Shown: piece after piece, positions 51,739-63,599 of the stretch
Numbering within the stretch: position 1 is the stretch's first letter
Layout of the letters: each line of letters starts with the position of its first letter
From: Rhina ancylostomus
Lineage: Eukaryota
Length of the DNA: 64,000 nt
Assembly (NCBI GenBank): GCA_030265395.1
Contig: JARFYF010000002.1
Coordinates: forward strand, 70,853,744 to 70,917,743
Direction of reading: 5' to 3'
The notes under the pieces: generated by a model
The model's database searches: none
Told to the model about the DNA's origin: nothing
The model's input: the letters and a program-made list of their open reading frames with translations, nothing else
Program-made: the position numbers and the translations under genes

Positions 51739-51870
51739 GTAGTTGGAATATTTGCGGGTTTTGGCCTTTTGCTGTTAGTAGCATCACCTTTCCTCCTGCT
51801 TGCCACACCGTTTGTCCTCTGCTGCAAGTGTAAATGTAACAAAGGAGATGATGATCCTTTACCCACATAA
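51739..51870 (+). CDS. RNF144A: RNF144A coding exon 7 (VVGIFAGFGLLLLVASPFLLLATPFVLCCKCKCNKGDDDPLPT*; transmembrane segment with GxxxG, Cys-rich tail)
   Basis: Strong pyrimidine tract plus ttttag acceptor, TAA at 51868-51870. The joined CDS is 885 nt with no internal stop. Confidence 0.97.
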   Translation, partial: VVGIFAGFGLLLLVASPFLLLATPFVLCCKCKCNKGDDDPLPT

Positions 51871-54800
51871 GCATGATGCCCCGATAAAGAAAACAGGAGG
51901 ATGGAATTTTATGAACATTCTTTCCAATATAACTATCATCTTAATTCGTCTGATTTTTGTCCCATGATATTTCCCAGAGTCAACGTTTGTTTCCCAGCTT
52001 GCACAAGTCCAGAGTCTCTGAGAGTGCAGTGAATTTTAAAAAGAAGTGTGGATAAGAAGTAATTGGGTTGTCGAGGAGACAGTTTATTCCAAGAGAATGC
52101 ACAGGAACTTGGTGTACTGCACAAACCTCTGGAATATGGGAAGCAAACTTAGAAAAGTACTTGCTTAAATGGTTCTCAAAGAAGCGATATACTTGATGGT
52201 GTACAGCTGTACATTTAAATATAAGATTTATAGGTTATATGAAGAAGGAAAATAAGTAATTTTGGAATAAACAGAAAATGGCTGAGATGCTTCAGGATAG
52301 AGAGAGGGAGAAAGCCTTCTCTTACAGTTGCAATGAATAGTGATAGAATTTGCAATGAATAGAGAACCTATCAGAATTAGAGATTTTTTGATGTAAAAAA
52401 AAAGCCCCACACCCTTTTCTATAAAGAGACAGAAGTCAATTTTACTGTATAAAATCTTTTCAAAAAGCATTTTTGACTATTTTAATTGGGGATCTAAAGG
52501 TTTCATCATTTCTAAGTCATGATTTTTTTTCATGCCATTTATCTAGACCTATCTTCAAAATAATATCTCCATGTGTTTATTTTCTGAATACGTAAAGGTN
52601 NNNNNNNNNNNNNNTTCTTAATAGATATCTGCAATAATGTTTCTGTAACTTTGACTGCAGATGGGAAAATGATTACTGACTAGGGGACTGTGAACATGCA
52701 AACTCATTCAAAACTTATCACATTCTCATTGTCAAAATGATGTTTATTGAAATTCATTCCTCAAAAGTTGCTGTGTTTTACGCTGAGCACAAATGATCTG
52801 AATTTTCACTTATTTTGACAAACAAAACATACTTATTGACTCTGAAAGGATGAAAGGAAAATGACTTGCCCTTTAAAGACCATAAATTGCTCTTTGGCTT
52901 TTATGAAATCCATTTCGTGATCTATTTCAAACACATCAGGATCACAGTCTATTAATTTTAAACCATTGTAAATCCTGTTCTTGAAATTACTGCTTGGTCT
53001 GTATAGTTGAAAGATGAATGCCTAGTGATCAGAAACATGAATTAAGGAGGTGGGTAACAAAGTAGATAAGAAATTCAGTGGATGGGTTTGAATGATCCCG
53101 GACTCTGAAACAAAAGTGGATAACAAGAAGAGAGTCACCAAAAAAAAACACACTGAGGAGTGAAATTGAGTCCTGCTAGTGAGCTCTGTATTCTAGCCTG
53201 TTTGGATGTTTATCTCTAGCTGTGTATTATTGTGTTTTTAATTTCTAACATAATTGCAAGAGCTCTTATTCTAACTTCACAAAATTATTTCTACATTAAT
53301 GCACAATTGTTAATGGCTAAAGTAACCAGGAACAGAAAACAAGCTTTTTTAGCAAGTTTATAGATTTTCAGAGTCTGAAACTGAACACAGTTAATTTTAG
53401 TGGAACTGCAAATTAAACCAAAGGTGCACAATTTCAAGGAGCATAAACTAGGAAGCAGCTTGAACCAGGTTGAACTGTAGTTAGAAAGCAACATGAATAT
53501 TGGAATATCTTGGCTACTTTGGAGAGAGTCAGGGTGGGAATTAGGGCTGTGGGGATAGGAGAATCTCTAGTTGGGTTGTGGAGACAAAAGACTGCAAATG
53601 CTGGGATCCGGAACAACATACGGAAAGCTGAAGGAACTCAGTGGGTCAGGCAGCATCTGTGGAGGGAAATGGACAGTCTGTCTCTCACCCCCCCCCGCCC
53701 TCCATTCTGTCTTTCAGTCCAGATTAAGGGCCTTGACCCAAAATGTTGACTGTCCATTTCCCGCCACAGAGGCTGCCTAACCCACTGTTCCTCCAGCTTT
53801 TTGTGTGTTGCTCTAGTTGGGTTGTCCTTGCACTTCTGTTGTTATTTTTAACAATGGCATCATGAAATGTTTCATGGTTTTAACTTCTATTTCTTCATGT
53901 CAAAACAATTACCACATATATAATTACTAAATAAGAAGCTAATGCACCATTTACTTGCTGTTGACAATTTACAGGTAGCTGTAGGATAGTGGGATAACAT
54001 TGCCGTTGCATTTACTGGGATATTTCTGTGGGATTTGCAGCTCCATGTGTCACTTTTTCATTTGCTGAGTAATAATATTGCATTCTCAAGGATTGAGTGG
54101 AGGCTTGGTTTCACTTTTTTCATCTTTACTGTTTAATACAGATGTTTTTCCAAACAGATTTATTAAACAGCAAAAGACTGAAAAATTAAAATATCACACG
54201 GTAACTTTTGTTATGGTTATTAAACTTACCTTCTGCTGAGACAAGCATGTAACTAAGTAAAGGTCAGTCCTACAATTTAAGATGATAAATTCTTTTGTGG
54301 TGTCTCTTCCTATTTTCACTGTTTACAGAAACTTCACACCAACCTTTTGATTGACCCAGGTTAAGATATACTTTCCATTAAATGACCAGGATCAAAGCGA
54401 TCTAATAGCTATGTATAAACTTTGTAAATGGAAAGAAAACTACCAAATAAGCATAATTCATACAAACCCCATGAAAGTTATGTACTTGAATTAAGTTACT
54501 TCATTCCTTCCTTAGAGTAAAACTAAAGGCATACAATCTGGGAGTGAAGCATTTTTTCCTTTTATCCTTTACAAGACACAATTAAAGATGTTCATGCCAT
54601 ACTAAATTTTAGACTAAGCACTAATCTTAAGGTATTGGAGTCAACTATTGAAATTACTATCTCGTTTATCTCCAGGGAGCAAAATGATTCTTTCTGCAAC
54701 ATTATTACACATGAATTGAGGTCAGTGCTGCATAATAAAAACACTATTTGTGAGATACATGACCTCTTAATTAGATAGCAATTCAAAAGAAAATTGCTAA

Positions 54801-56900
54801 AGGTTGGAGCTAAGAACCCAGACATTCTCCAAGAGAAATGTTTTGTACCTAAAATGAATACTTATCACATCTCTCCGTTGTTGGTAGTTGACAAGCTGTG
54901 GATATCAGTCAATTATCCCAAAGCAGTTCACGAGCCAGACCATTATTTTCATTATTTAGTGCTGATCTAATTGGCTGGTGAAAGAAAACAGTGGGTGAAG
55001 TGGCTGACAGCACCCTAAGTTAACAGCTAAATCTAATTAGGCAACGGAAGACCCACACATAAACTCTGACCGTTTGATGACCAGATTTGTATCAAGGGCT
55101 TACCTTTGACATTGGGAACCATATTGGCATGAGCGGTCAAACGCAATCCATTTCCTGCACACCTGAAGCTCACAGGCTTCTGANNNNNNNNNNNNNNNNN
55201 NNNNNNNNNNNNNNNNNNNNNNNNNNNNNNNNNNNNNNNNNNNNNNNNNNNNNNNNNNNNNNNNNNNNNNNNNNNNNNNNNNNNNNNNNNNNNNNNNNNN
55301 NNNNNNNNNNNNNNNNNNNNNNNNNNNNNNNNNNNNNNNNNNNNNNNNNNNNNNNNNNNNNNNNNNNNNNNNNNNNNNNNNNNNNNNNNNNNNNNNNNNN
55401 NNNNNNNNNNAATTGATCTTGCTGAACCTATCCATCAATGTGTAAGCAGTGCCAAGCTCAGCCTTTTTTTGAAGTCTCCACGATCATAGAACTCAAAAAT
55501 CTGCAGTTTATAAAAAAAAGCAGATAGAAAAATCTTCATAAATCCAAATTAAGCGGTGACAGAAATGAACAGTTTATTCCTCTGTATACTGAAAATCACA
55601 GTAAAATATTAAATTGTTGGTGTCAAAATAATGCCTGCAGTCTGGCTTTGGTGGGAAAGGGATGAAATACAAGGGGATGACCCAAGCTGCACCCGTTCAT
55701 TCGATATTGCCTTTCAAATCAAACTGCATAGAGTTTGACTCAAACTCCTGCATTACTGGAAGCACTTCCTAAAATATCATTCTCAAGTTGCTGTTACTCA
55801 CCACAAATTAGATGTAGCAAGTCATATGGTATCTTAGCCCAGCTGCTACATTGTTAAAGCTTTTTGAATTTGTGAAATATCTCACCCAAAGCAGGAACCT
55901 ACAGATGATTGCAAAAATTATTGTTCATTAATTTCTGGAAAATCCTACTCTGAAAGGGTTGCATAATCTAAAAACTGTATGACTCTTTTTATTTTACATT
56001 GGATTTGCCACATAGAAACAGAATAGTCATCCCAACTGAGCTGCTTCATTTCACCCTCTCAACTGAAGCTCTCTTTCTCTCTCCATGTACTTACTTAGAT
56101 CCTGCTTAATGGCATTTGCACTGCTTGTCTGAAAAAGACAATTTTGTGTGTTGGTGATTCATTTTTGGCCTTACATATACTCTGCATGCTTTCTGTACAC
56201 ATATAATTAAAACTAAACAATATTGGTTTGCCATGAAGAATAATTTTTATTTACTATCTTATAAAAATATTAGGAGAAATAAATCAGGAGTAAATACAAT
56301 AGTTTTTTGTCAGGAACCACATCATTTGGTCTGAAAATATTTTTATGTAATCATAGTAACTTGCAATTTGTGTTGCAATGCACATTGTTTTTTACCCCCT
56401 TTTTTTACTTGGTTCTTTTCATGACAGCAAAATGGTGGTAATTGTCTTGAGAACTTTTAATGGTTTCTTCATAGCTAGGTTTTCATGTGGAAATGTTGCC
56501 AAAAATGTTACTGTGTATGTTTTTTTAATGTTAATGATAAGGAATATCCAAATAATGTCAGCTTTATTTTTCCTTCTCCTCTCCAAAATTTTGCCAGTGA
56601 TTTAAGCCCAGTCTCAATTTCTGATTGATCATCTATGTATTGTGCTAAGGGTTCAATTTTATGCCTTAAAATGCTTCTGTGAACCATGTCAATGTTAAAG
56701 GAAATGATCTATATTTAAATTATAACTTGCCAGTGCAAAATATTTGTATAATCTCATATTAATATGTGAAGCTCTCATAATCTCCATTCTGTGTATTGCT
56801 AAGCATGGACTAACCGTCTGTAAATAACTAAATGTGTTTAAAATATATATATAATTGGTATCGTACTTTTTCTAAAATAAAAGAATGCAGATATCCAGAA
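51871..56900 (+). other. RNF144A: Probable long 3'UTR of RNF144A
   Basis: AT-rich stretch after the stop codon with few LINE fragments. It ends at an AATAAA plus GU-rich element, after which dense repeats resume. The end point is inferred. Confidence 0.55.
53580..53810. mobile_element. Palindromic Penelope-derived mini-element with a perfect 15-bp TSD, inside the putative 3'UTR
   Basis: Direct repeat ctctagttgggttgt at 53565-53579 and 53811-53825. Inverted arms at ~53610-53678 and ~53748-53813. Degenerate hammerhead cagtc-CAGATTA-agggccttgaccc-AAAA-tg-tt-gactg at 53715-53752. Confidence 0.85.
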
Positions 56901-56913
56901 TTCCTGTGTTGTC
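56876..56913 (+). terminator. Candidate distal polyadenylation signal: AATAAA at 56876-56881 with downstream GU-rich ctgtgttgtc
   Basis: Canonical hexamer, upstream TGTA motifs, and a GU-rich element ~25 nt downstream. Other AATAAA hexamers occur at 52266, 54734 and 56278. Confidence 0.55.
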
Positions 56914-57949
56914 AGAATTTAAAGTTGTCCTAAATTTTTAGTGTATTTTGAAATTGAAATTGGACGTCCATAGCTTGGAAAGGTTTAGAAGGTTATGGGC
57001 CAAGTGCATAGATTTGATGGGGCATCTTGATCAGTATGGACCAGTTGGGACAAAGGGCCTGTTTCTGTGCTGTACAACCCTATGAACTCTGTCAAAGTGT
57101 ACTGAAAGGGTTTTCAGTACAGCACTTCTCCCATTTCTGGGCAAGGTCCAGTGGACACCTGATTTTTCAGTTGGTCTTCAACAGAAAAATAATTCCATTA
57201 AAAATCCTGAGACTTCCATCATAAAAATAAAGATGCATTGTTTTCAAAAAACCAGCAACAGTGTCACAAAGGAAATAGTCCAGCATCATCCCAGTGGTAT
57301 GATTTGGGAATCTTTTCCAATGTTTTTAAATTAATGGCCTGGAAATTCTATTCAGTAATATTATGCACTAATCGATGGAATGTTATCAGAAATCCTACTT
57401 TGTGTTCCAATAGCACATGTTGATATCACTCTCAAGATTGATCTGCATATGCAAGGCTTTCGTGTGGCGTGGGGCCTACTTACAGATGCAGACCTTAACA
57501 AGAAGGTTGGGAACTACTCGGGCATTAGATAAAGGGAGCCTGACCTTAGTTGACCCACCATCAGGGAGCCTGAAACATTCATCTTCCAGGCAAGTTCTTC
57601 AAAAGGTTTAAATGGTGTTTGCTCCCACCCCCCCACTGCCAATATCCTCAGGCTCTACTACTGCCCAGTACCTGCCCCCAGCCTTCGCCTCATCATCTAG
57701 AACTGACACTCCATCATCTGATCATGACTCAGACCCAACCCCCATCTCATTCTGTCTTTACTGATAATGGTGTACTTCTCGAGTTAAGCAGTAACAACAG
57801 TAACAGTCCCAATCCATTGGGAGGTAACTTGGACCAGCTTATCCTGGGATTGATCATCGTTGGACATTCCTCGGACAGCACTGCGTGACGAGCATCCCTC
57901 AGGCTGGTTCCGTCAGGTCACCTCCCTCTGTGCAGAATCCACATCCCTT

Positions 57950-58650
57950 TCTAGCCCAGCATTAAGTTCATAGTTGTGCAGGTCATGGTTCTTTTAAGTA
58001 CACACCCAAGTGCTGTTTAAATGCGGTGAGGGTTTTTGCCACTACTGCCCTCTGAGGCACTGATTTCCAGAGCTCTGTCATCCTCTGGGTGAAGAGTTTT
58101 GTTTCCTCGATCTCCCGTCTCATCCTTCTACCACTTGTGTTTAATCCATGCCCCCTTGCTTTTAACCACATTGTTTAAGGGCATTATATTCTGTCCCTTT
58201 TCTGTCCAGGCCCTTCATAATTTTATAAATCTTAATTAGCTTTCTGCTCTGCTTTCTTTGTTTCCAAGAAATCGTAGCTTATTCAAATTTTCCTCATATT
58301 TAACATTATCCAGCCCCCTCATCCTTGTAAATCTCCTCTGCATCCTCACCAGTGCCACAGATTTTGTCTTACAAAGTGCTGACCAGAATTGTATGCCATG
58401 CTCAAGCTGTGTTTGTAAAACAGATTTAACATACACCCCACCAGACCCCTGCCCCCACCCCAAGAATGTGGAAAGTATGCAAAGTTCTAAAGCAATGAGC
58501 TGTAAGGCAGACCAGGGTTTATACCCACTTTCTGGAAACCCTCTGTTTCTCTGTTTAGAATCCATCTATTTATTGTGTATTGTCTTGCCTTGTTTGCCTC
58601 CCTAAATATACTATCTCACATTTGTCCAGACTGAAATTCATTTGTCACCC
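57950..58650 (-). mobile_element. CR1 3' fragment
   Basis: Minus translations ARGHGLNTSGRRMRREI..LFTQRMTELWKSVP and QLEHGIQFWSA...LVRMQRRFTRMRGL. Confidence 0.85.
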
Positions 58651-59499
58651 CACCCCCAGTTAAAGGCTTCAAACGGAGTACGGCAGCACACGCATATGTC
58701 TGAGATCTTGGGGCTTTAGTACCGGTATTCCAAGGCAATGCTGTTTGAGGCACCTGCTGCCGCCAATACATAGGCTGTTCAATAGTTTGAAAGCTGTTTG
58801 AACTAGGAGACAAATGAGAATAAGAATCCATGGAAGTCAAAAATTACTTTATGTCACAAACTGTGGGGCTGAAACATCTTTCCCTGTGTTAACTCATTTA
58901 AATGACTGGGCAGATTTCCCANNNNNNNNNNAAGAGCACAGAATGACCATTTAAAAAGGACACAGTTCACCAGATTTCCAATACTATCATGCCATTGTGT
59001 AATTCAATCAATCAGAGATGTTAGGATAAAGGTTTTTATGCAGAGAGCAGTTACAATCTGGAATTCTTGACATGCATCAGGTTTAAAACCTTTCATAATA
59101 CAGACTAAAGTGATGGTTAAAAGTATTATGCTTGGATGTTTACAGGAATTCAACTGTAATAGGAGATTTAAAACCTGAAGTTTTCCCGAGCAGCATGGAC
59201 AGTGCCCACAGTGTTTTTGTAATAACCATGTTTATGCCAACTCTTCATACCAGTCCTTGAGTTGCAGTGTTGTACCTACCTACATGAGGATGTAGTGTCC
59301 TGCACCTACAACCCATCAGTCTCTGTGCAGGATGAGTACCCACCCCCTTTACAATGGATAAAAAGCTCAGATTGCGGGAAGAACTCAGTGGGTCAAGCAG
59401 TATCTGTGCCTAATCTACTGAGTTCCTCTAGCATTCTGTGTAATGTTCCTGATTCCAGCATCTGCAGTCTCTTGGGGATTAGTCTGGAGTTATGAAATT

Positions 59500-60450
59500 A
59501 TATGGATAACAGGTAGTAATAGTGTTGAATAAAGACCCTTTATACCTCCCAGCTACAGCTTCTGTGTGGCTAAGTCGCAACATATCCTTACAAGGGGTAT
59601 TATCCCAATTCAACAGAGCTAAAATTTTAGATCTACCCTATTCCTTGTACTTTGTACAGAATCTCTTAACAGACTTTGTGACATTCTCATCTTTGCCTTT
59701 TCATTGTTGATAAAGAGTTGATGGTGTCATGAGTCAGCTCCCCCTATCCCCTCAGCTCTAACAGAAAGATGACAAACTGATCCATTATCAATAACCAGTG
59801 TGCTTGGTCTTCCAAATCTAATGAACGTTATTTGAAGTGCTTTTGAAATACTGCTGGTGGTAGCCAAAGGAAGTCCATGATTTTTGAGAAAATTAATAAT
59901 AATTAAACACAATGTAACCAGATAGTTCACAACCTCCACTTGTCTGGCCACAAGGTTATCCCAACATTAAGGTTCGACGAGCCAAACAAGTATATTTGAA
60001 AAATATTGTTTAAGCTCAATGTCATTCAAGGCCTAGAAAGGCAATTTTGGCCTGTACGAATACAACCCTCTACACCAGTGTGTGTTGAACGAGAAACTAA
60101 TATTAGCTCTTTATGCAACACAGCTGGTATCACATGTTACTGTTCTTTGAATATCAATTCCCCATGGACAAACAGTTCACCTTGGAAGTGGGCGGAGGCA
60201 TTTGGGCTCCTCTGATTTGTTATAGACCCAGCTGTGCTGAATAATAACCTGCAGCTATTTCTAAGCCTGGTTATTTGCTGCAAGATGATCAAGTTGCTGC
60301 CAATGTGCATCTCTGACTGGAAGGAATTTGTGGCAATCACTTTCTTCCAGCTGATGTAAAATTACAAGCAATAATGACAGCTGGCCAGTGTGTTTGTTAG
60401 GACTGTCTTTTCCCCCTTATAAGAGACTTTCAGGCAAGATGTCTGGAGCC
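59500..60450 (-). mobile_element. Degraded Gypsy-type pol/integrase remnant
   Basis: Minus translations GELFVHGELIFKEQ.HVIPAVLHKE (upstream of the H2C2 domain) and TTSSISKALQITFIRFGRPSTLVIDNG (integrase core F..FG.P..LV.DNG). Confidence 0.7.
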
Positions 60451-60609
60451 TAAAACATTCATAGGTACACTATTTGTAGGTTTGTGTGCATTTGATTTTA
60501 ACGNNNNNNNNNNNNNNNNNNNNNNNNNNNNNNNNNNNNNNNNNNNNNNNNNNNNNNNNNNNNNNNNNNNNNNNNNNNNNNNNNNNNNNNNNNNNNNNNN
60601 NNNNNNNNT

Positions 60610-61330
60610 TTTAAGTTCCTTGAAGCAGAGGTGACCGGTTGTGCATTCTGCATCATTGCAACTCCAGCTAACTGGTGGCCCAACTCCAGTTTAGGTCCAA
60701 CACACGACTTGCATTCAATAGCACCAACATTTCTACTCTGTATTGGTTACTCCAGCTGTTTGTGTGCCAACGATCCTTTCCTGTGACATTTTGCTGTGGT
60801 GTGGTTGTTTTTCTCTCACACGGCATGCCTTATCACGCGGCAGGGCATCACTCGTGCATGTAGAACTCATGCTTCTGCCTGCTTTGGGGAATTGTTAACA
60901 TTGCCCCCTGAGCAGTTGCTTGAGGGTCTTGGGGTTGCCCAGCTTCAGGTATTGGACTCATTCTCTCCTGTCGCCTCCCAAGTAACTTGGAGTTGTGCCT
61001 TCATACACCCAGCCCTGTGGCATATCTCACCAACCTACTCAAAGGTCAAATTACCTTCATAAAGCAATCTCTGCTACACCCTCCAGTCTAAAGTGCTGAC
61101 TAATATTTGGTCTTGGGGTACTTATTCTGGTGTTATTGTACTGAACTCTCAAACTTTGTCAAGTTTTCAAAATGCTCTGGGACATTCGACGTAGGCCTCA
61201 CCAGTTTCCCAAACTCTCCTGTTAAATTTTTATCTCTCAGGAGAGACAGACAAAGTTTGCTGCAAACTGCACAAACATTGCCAGCACCACCACTGTTGTA
61301 CTCAGCTTCATCCTCAGCTTGTTCGTCCAA
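60610..61330 (-). mobile_element. Degraded RTE-clade LINE fragment
   Basis: Fragmentary motifs from the RT C-terminal part (CSKLCLSL..KN, VPEHF, and an LRWAGH-like ctggagttgggccacc on the minus strand). Confidence 0.5.
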
Positions 61331-61622
61331 GTAGAATAAACTTCGGGTAGTTCTGCCCTTATTGCAGTGTTGTTACCTGAACTTGTTCTGACCCAAAGAT
61401 GGTCAGCAGGTGAGGGGATGGGCAAGAGGAGTTCTCACTTGGTTCCCTCTCCACTTCCCTGTCCTCCTACTCCAGTATCTCCCACTCCTTATACTCAGTT
61501 TTATGAGGACCAAGGATATTTTGTAGGACAAGGATAAAGTATTTTCTGAAACAGTGAATCTGCAATCAAAATATCTCAGTTTGAAGTGAAGATATTTTAT
61601 AAATGGATCTCTCTGTCTATTG

Positions 61623-61925
61623 TGGGCAGCACAGTGGCACAACTAGGAAAGCTGCTGCCTCACAACTCCTGTGGACTGNNNNNNNNNNNNNCCTTAGATG
61701 CTGTCTATGTAGAGTTTGCATCTTCTCCCTCCTGTCTTCTCCCTCCCTCGAGTGCTCTGGTTTCCTCCCACATTCCGAAGGCATGCCAGTTGGTAAATTG
61801 CCCCTTGTGTAGGTGGGATGGGAATATGGAGACAGTAGGCCACAGAGAAAATAGATGCTAGAATAGGGTTGTTCTATGAGCCAGCCTAGACTCAATGGGC
61901 TGAATGGCCTTTTCACTGTTGTGAG
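61623..61925 (+). mobile_element. tRNA-derived V-SINE with a CR1-type tail (HE1-like)
   Basis: Head gggcagcacagtggcacaactagg..gctgctgcctcaca, V-core tgctctggtttcctcccacattccgaagg, and tail gactcaatgggctgaatggcct..tgttgt, which the CR1 ends in this window share. Confidence 0.8.
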
Positions 61926-63599
61926 GAAATAATGAAATATGGGAATGTTCCTTGGCCTCCTAAGAAATAAATTACCCCCTGTCTCAGCAGCTGTAGTATG
62001 CACATGTGAAGAAAATTTTCAACCAACATGAATCCACTTTGATTTAAAGTACATAAATGTAACTAACTTTTTTTTCAAACTATTCTGAGCAAAAATAAAC
62101 AAGAAACCCTGAAAGAACACACATTAGAAATGCTGCCTTTGCCAACGTCACGAGCTGCTTCGTGCCACTTTCAACATGGGTTTGCACCATGGTCTGATTA
62201 TTCAGCAGATGCTGGCAAAGAAGACCAGCCATCACCTTAATGAATGGCAGAGAAGGCCCAAAGGGCGATGTGGCTTCCTCCCACTCCTAGTTCTTACTTA
62301 CCAGCAGGAAGGGTTGGCTTGACAAACTTGGCTCAAGCTGATAATACACATCCTGCTATTCCATTTCCTATTTAATTTCATCTATTCATAACAAATTATA
62401 TCAAGAAAACATTAAATATAACGTTTGCAAAATGTGGCATGGAATTTTCCTCAAATATATTGGAAATCATATTCTCACTATATCTCATTTATTTGAAACT
62501 ATAATAACTATAATTGAAACATAGGAATATATTCCAATTTCCAAGCCCATAAGAAAATCAATTTGCAAAGCTACTTTTATACTTGTGACATAATGACATA
62601 ACTAGAGAGAACCNNNNNNNNNNNNNNNNNNNNNNNNNNNNNNNNNNNNNNNNNNNNNNNNNNNNNNNNNNNNNNNNNNNNNNNNNNNNNNNNNNNNNNN
62701 NNNNNNNNNNNNNGAACCTTGGTGTTGGTATACGATATATACTTGGAGTAAATTTTCAAGATTATGATGCTGTAAATGGATGTAATGATCCAGAGATTCA
62801 CTGGGTTCACATTACCCTGTTGTAACCGGATAGTCCAGTTTTCTCCCACATGTTGGTTAGTAGAACTTATTACAGCAGCCAATTAACCTTAGCATTAGTA
62901 GTGGCAGGAAAATCAAAAGGAGAATTGAGATCTGAGAGATGATAGTTACAAGGAAATAAGCTGGTAAAGGCTTGATGGGTGTTAGTGGCTCCCATGTGAG
63001 AAGAGAATGTGAGAAATTCTCTCTTGTATATATCTTTAAGAAATAGTGTAGGTCACTCACAGTAGCAGCACTGGTGCCATTTACAGGGGGACATCAAGCA
63101 TGTTACTTTGTTGGGCAGTCAGGTGCCAATCATCTCTATTCTTTCCATGAGCTAGACAACTATAGATGTAAATGTTAGATGGAATCTGGTTGAGTGCTCA
63201 GCATTTTAATCATTTTATTATGGATGACCATGGCTTCTTTTGTCATGGAATAAAAGCAGAAAATGTTGAGAAATAGAGTTAGTAGAGTTTACTGATGATA
63301 TCAGTAAACATTGATTCAGTTTTGCAGGTGTGTGGTATTGATTCAAGAACAAATGTTTAATGCATGGCAATGGTAAAATCAATGCACCAGTTCTGCCTCC
63401 ATCTCCAATGCTCCATCTCTGCCTCACCTCAGCTTCAAATAAATGGAAGTAAGGTTATGGTGAAATGGTTGCATTAAGGAAACCAATATATGAGGAAAGA
63501 TGGCAGAAGAGATTTCTTTGCTTCCTAAAAACAAAGGCTGTCTCACCTTTCCCTTAGGAATTATAAGAACATTCGGGAGGTTTGTAACATGGTCAACTG

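Noticed and set aside
26982-51870. Calling the gene RNF144B or another RBR ligase
   Set aside because: The N-terminus MTTxRYRPTWDLALDP and the C-terminus KGDDDPLPT match RNF144A as I recall it.
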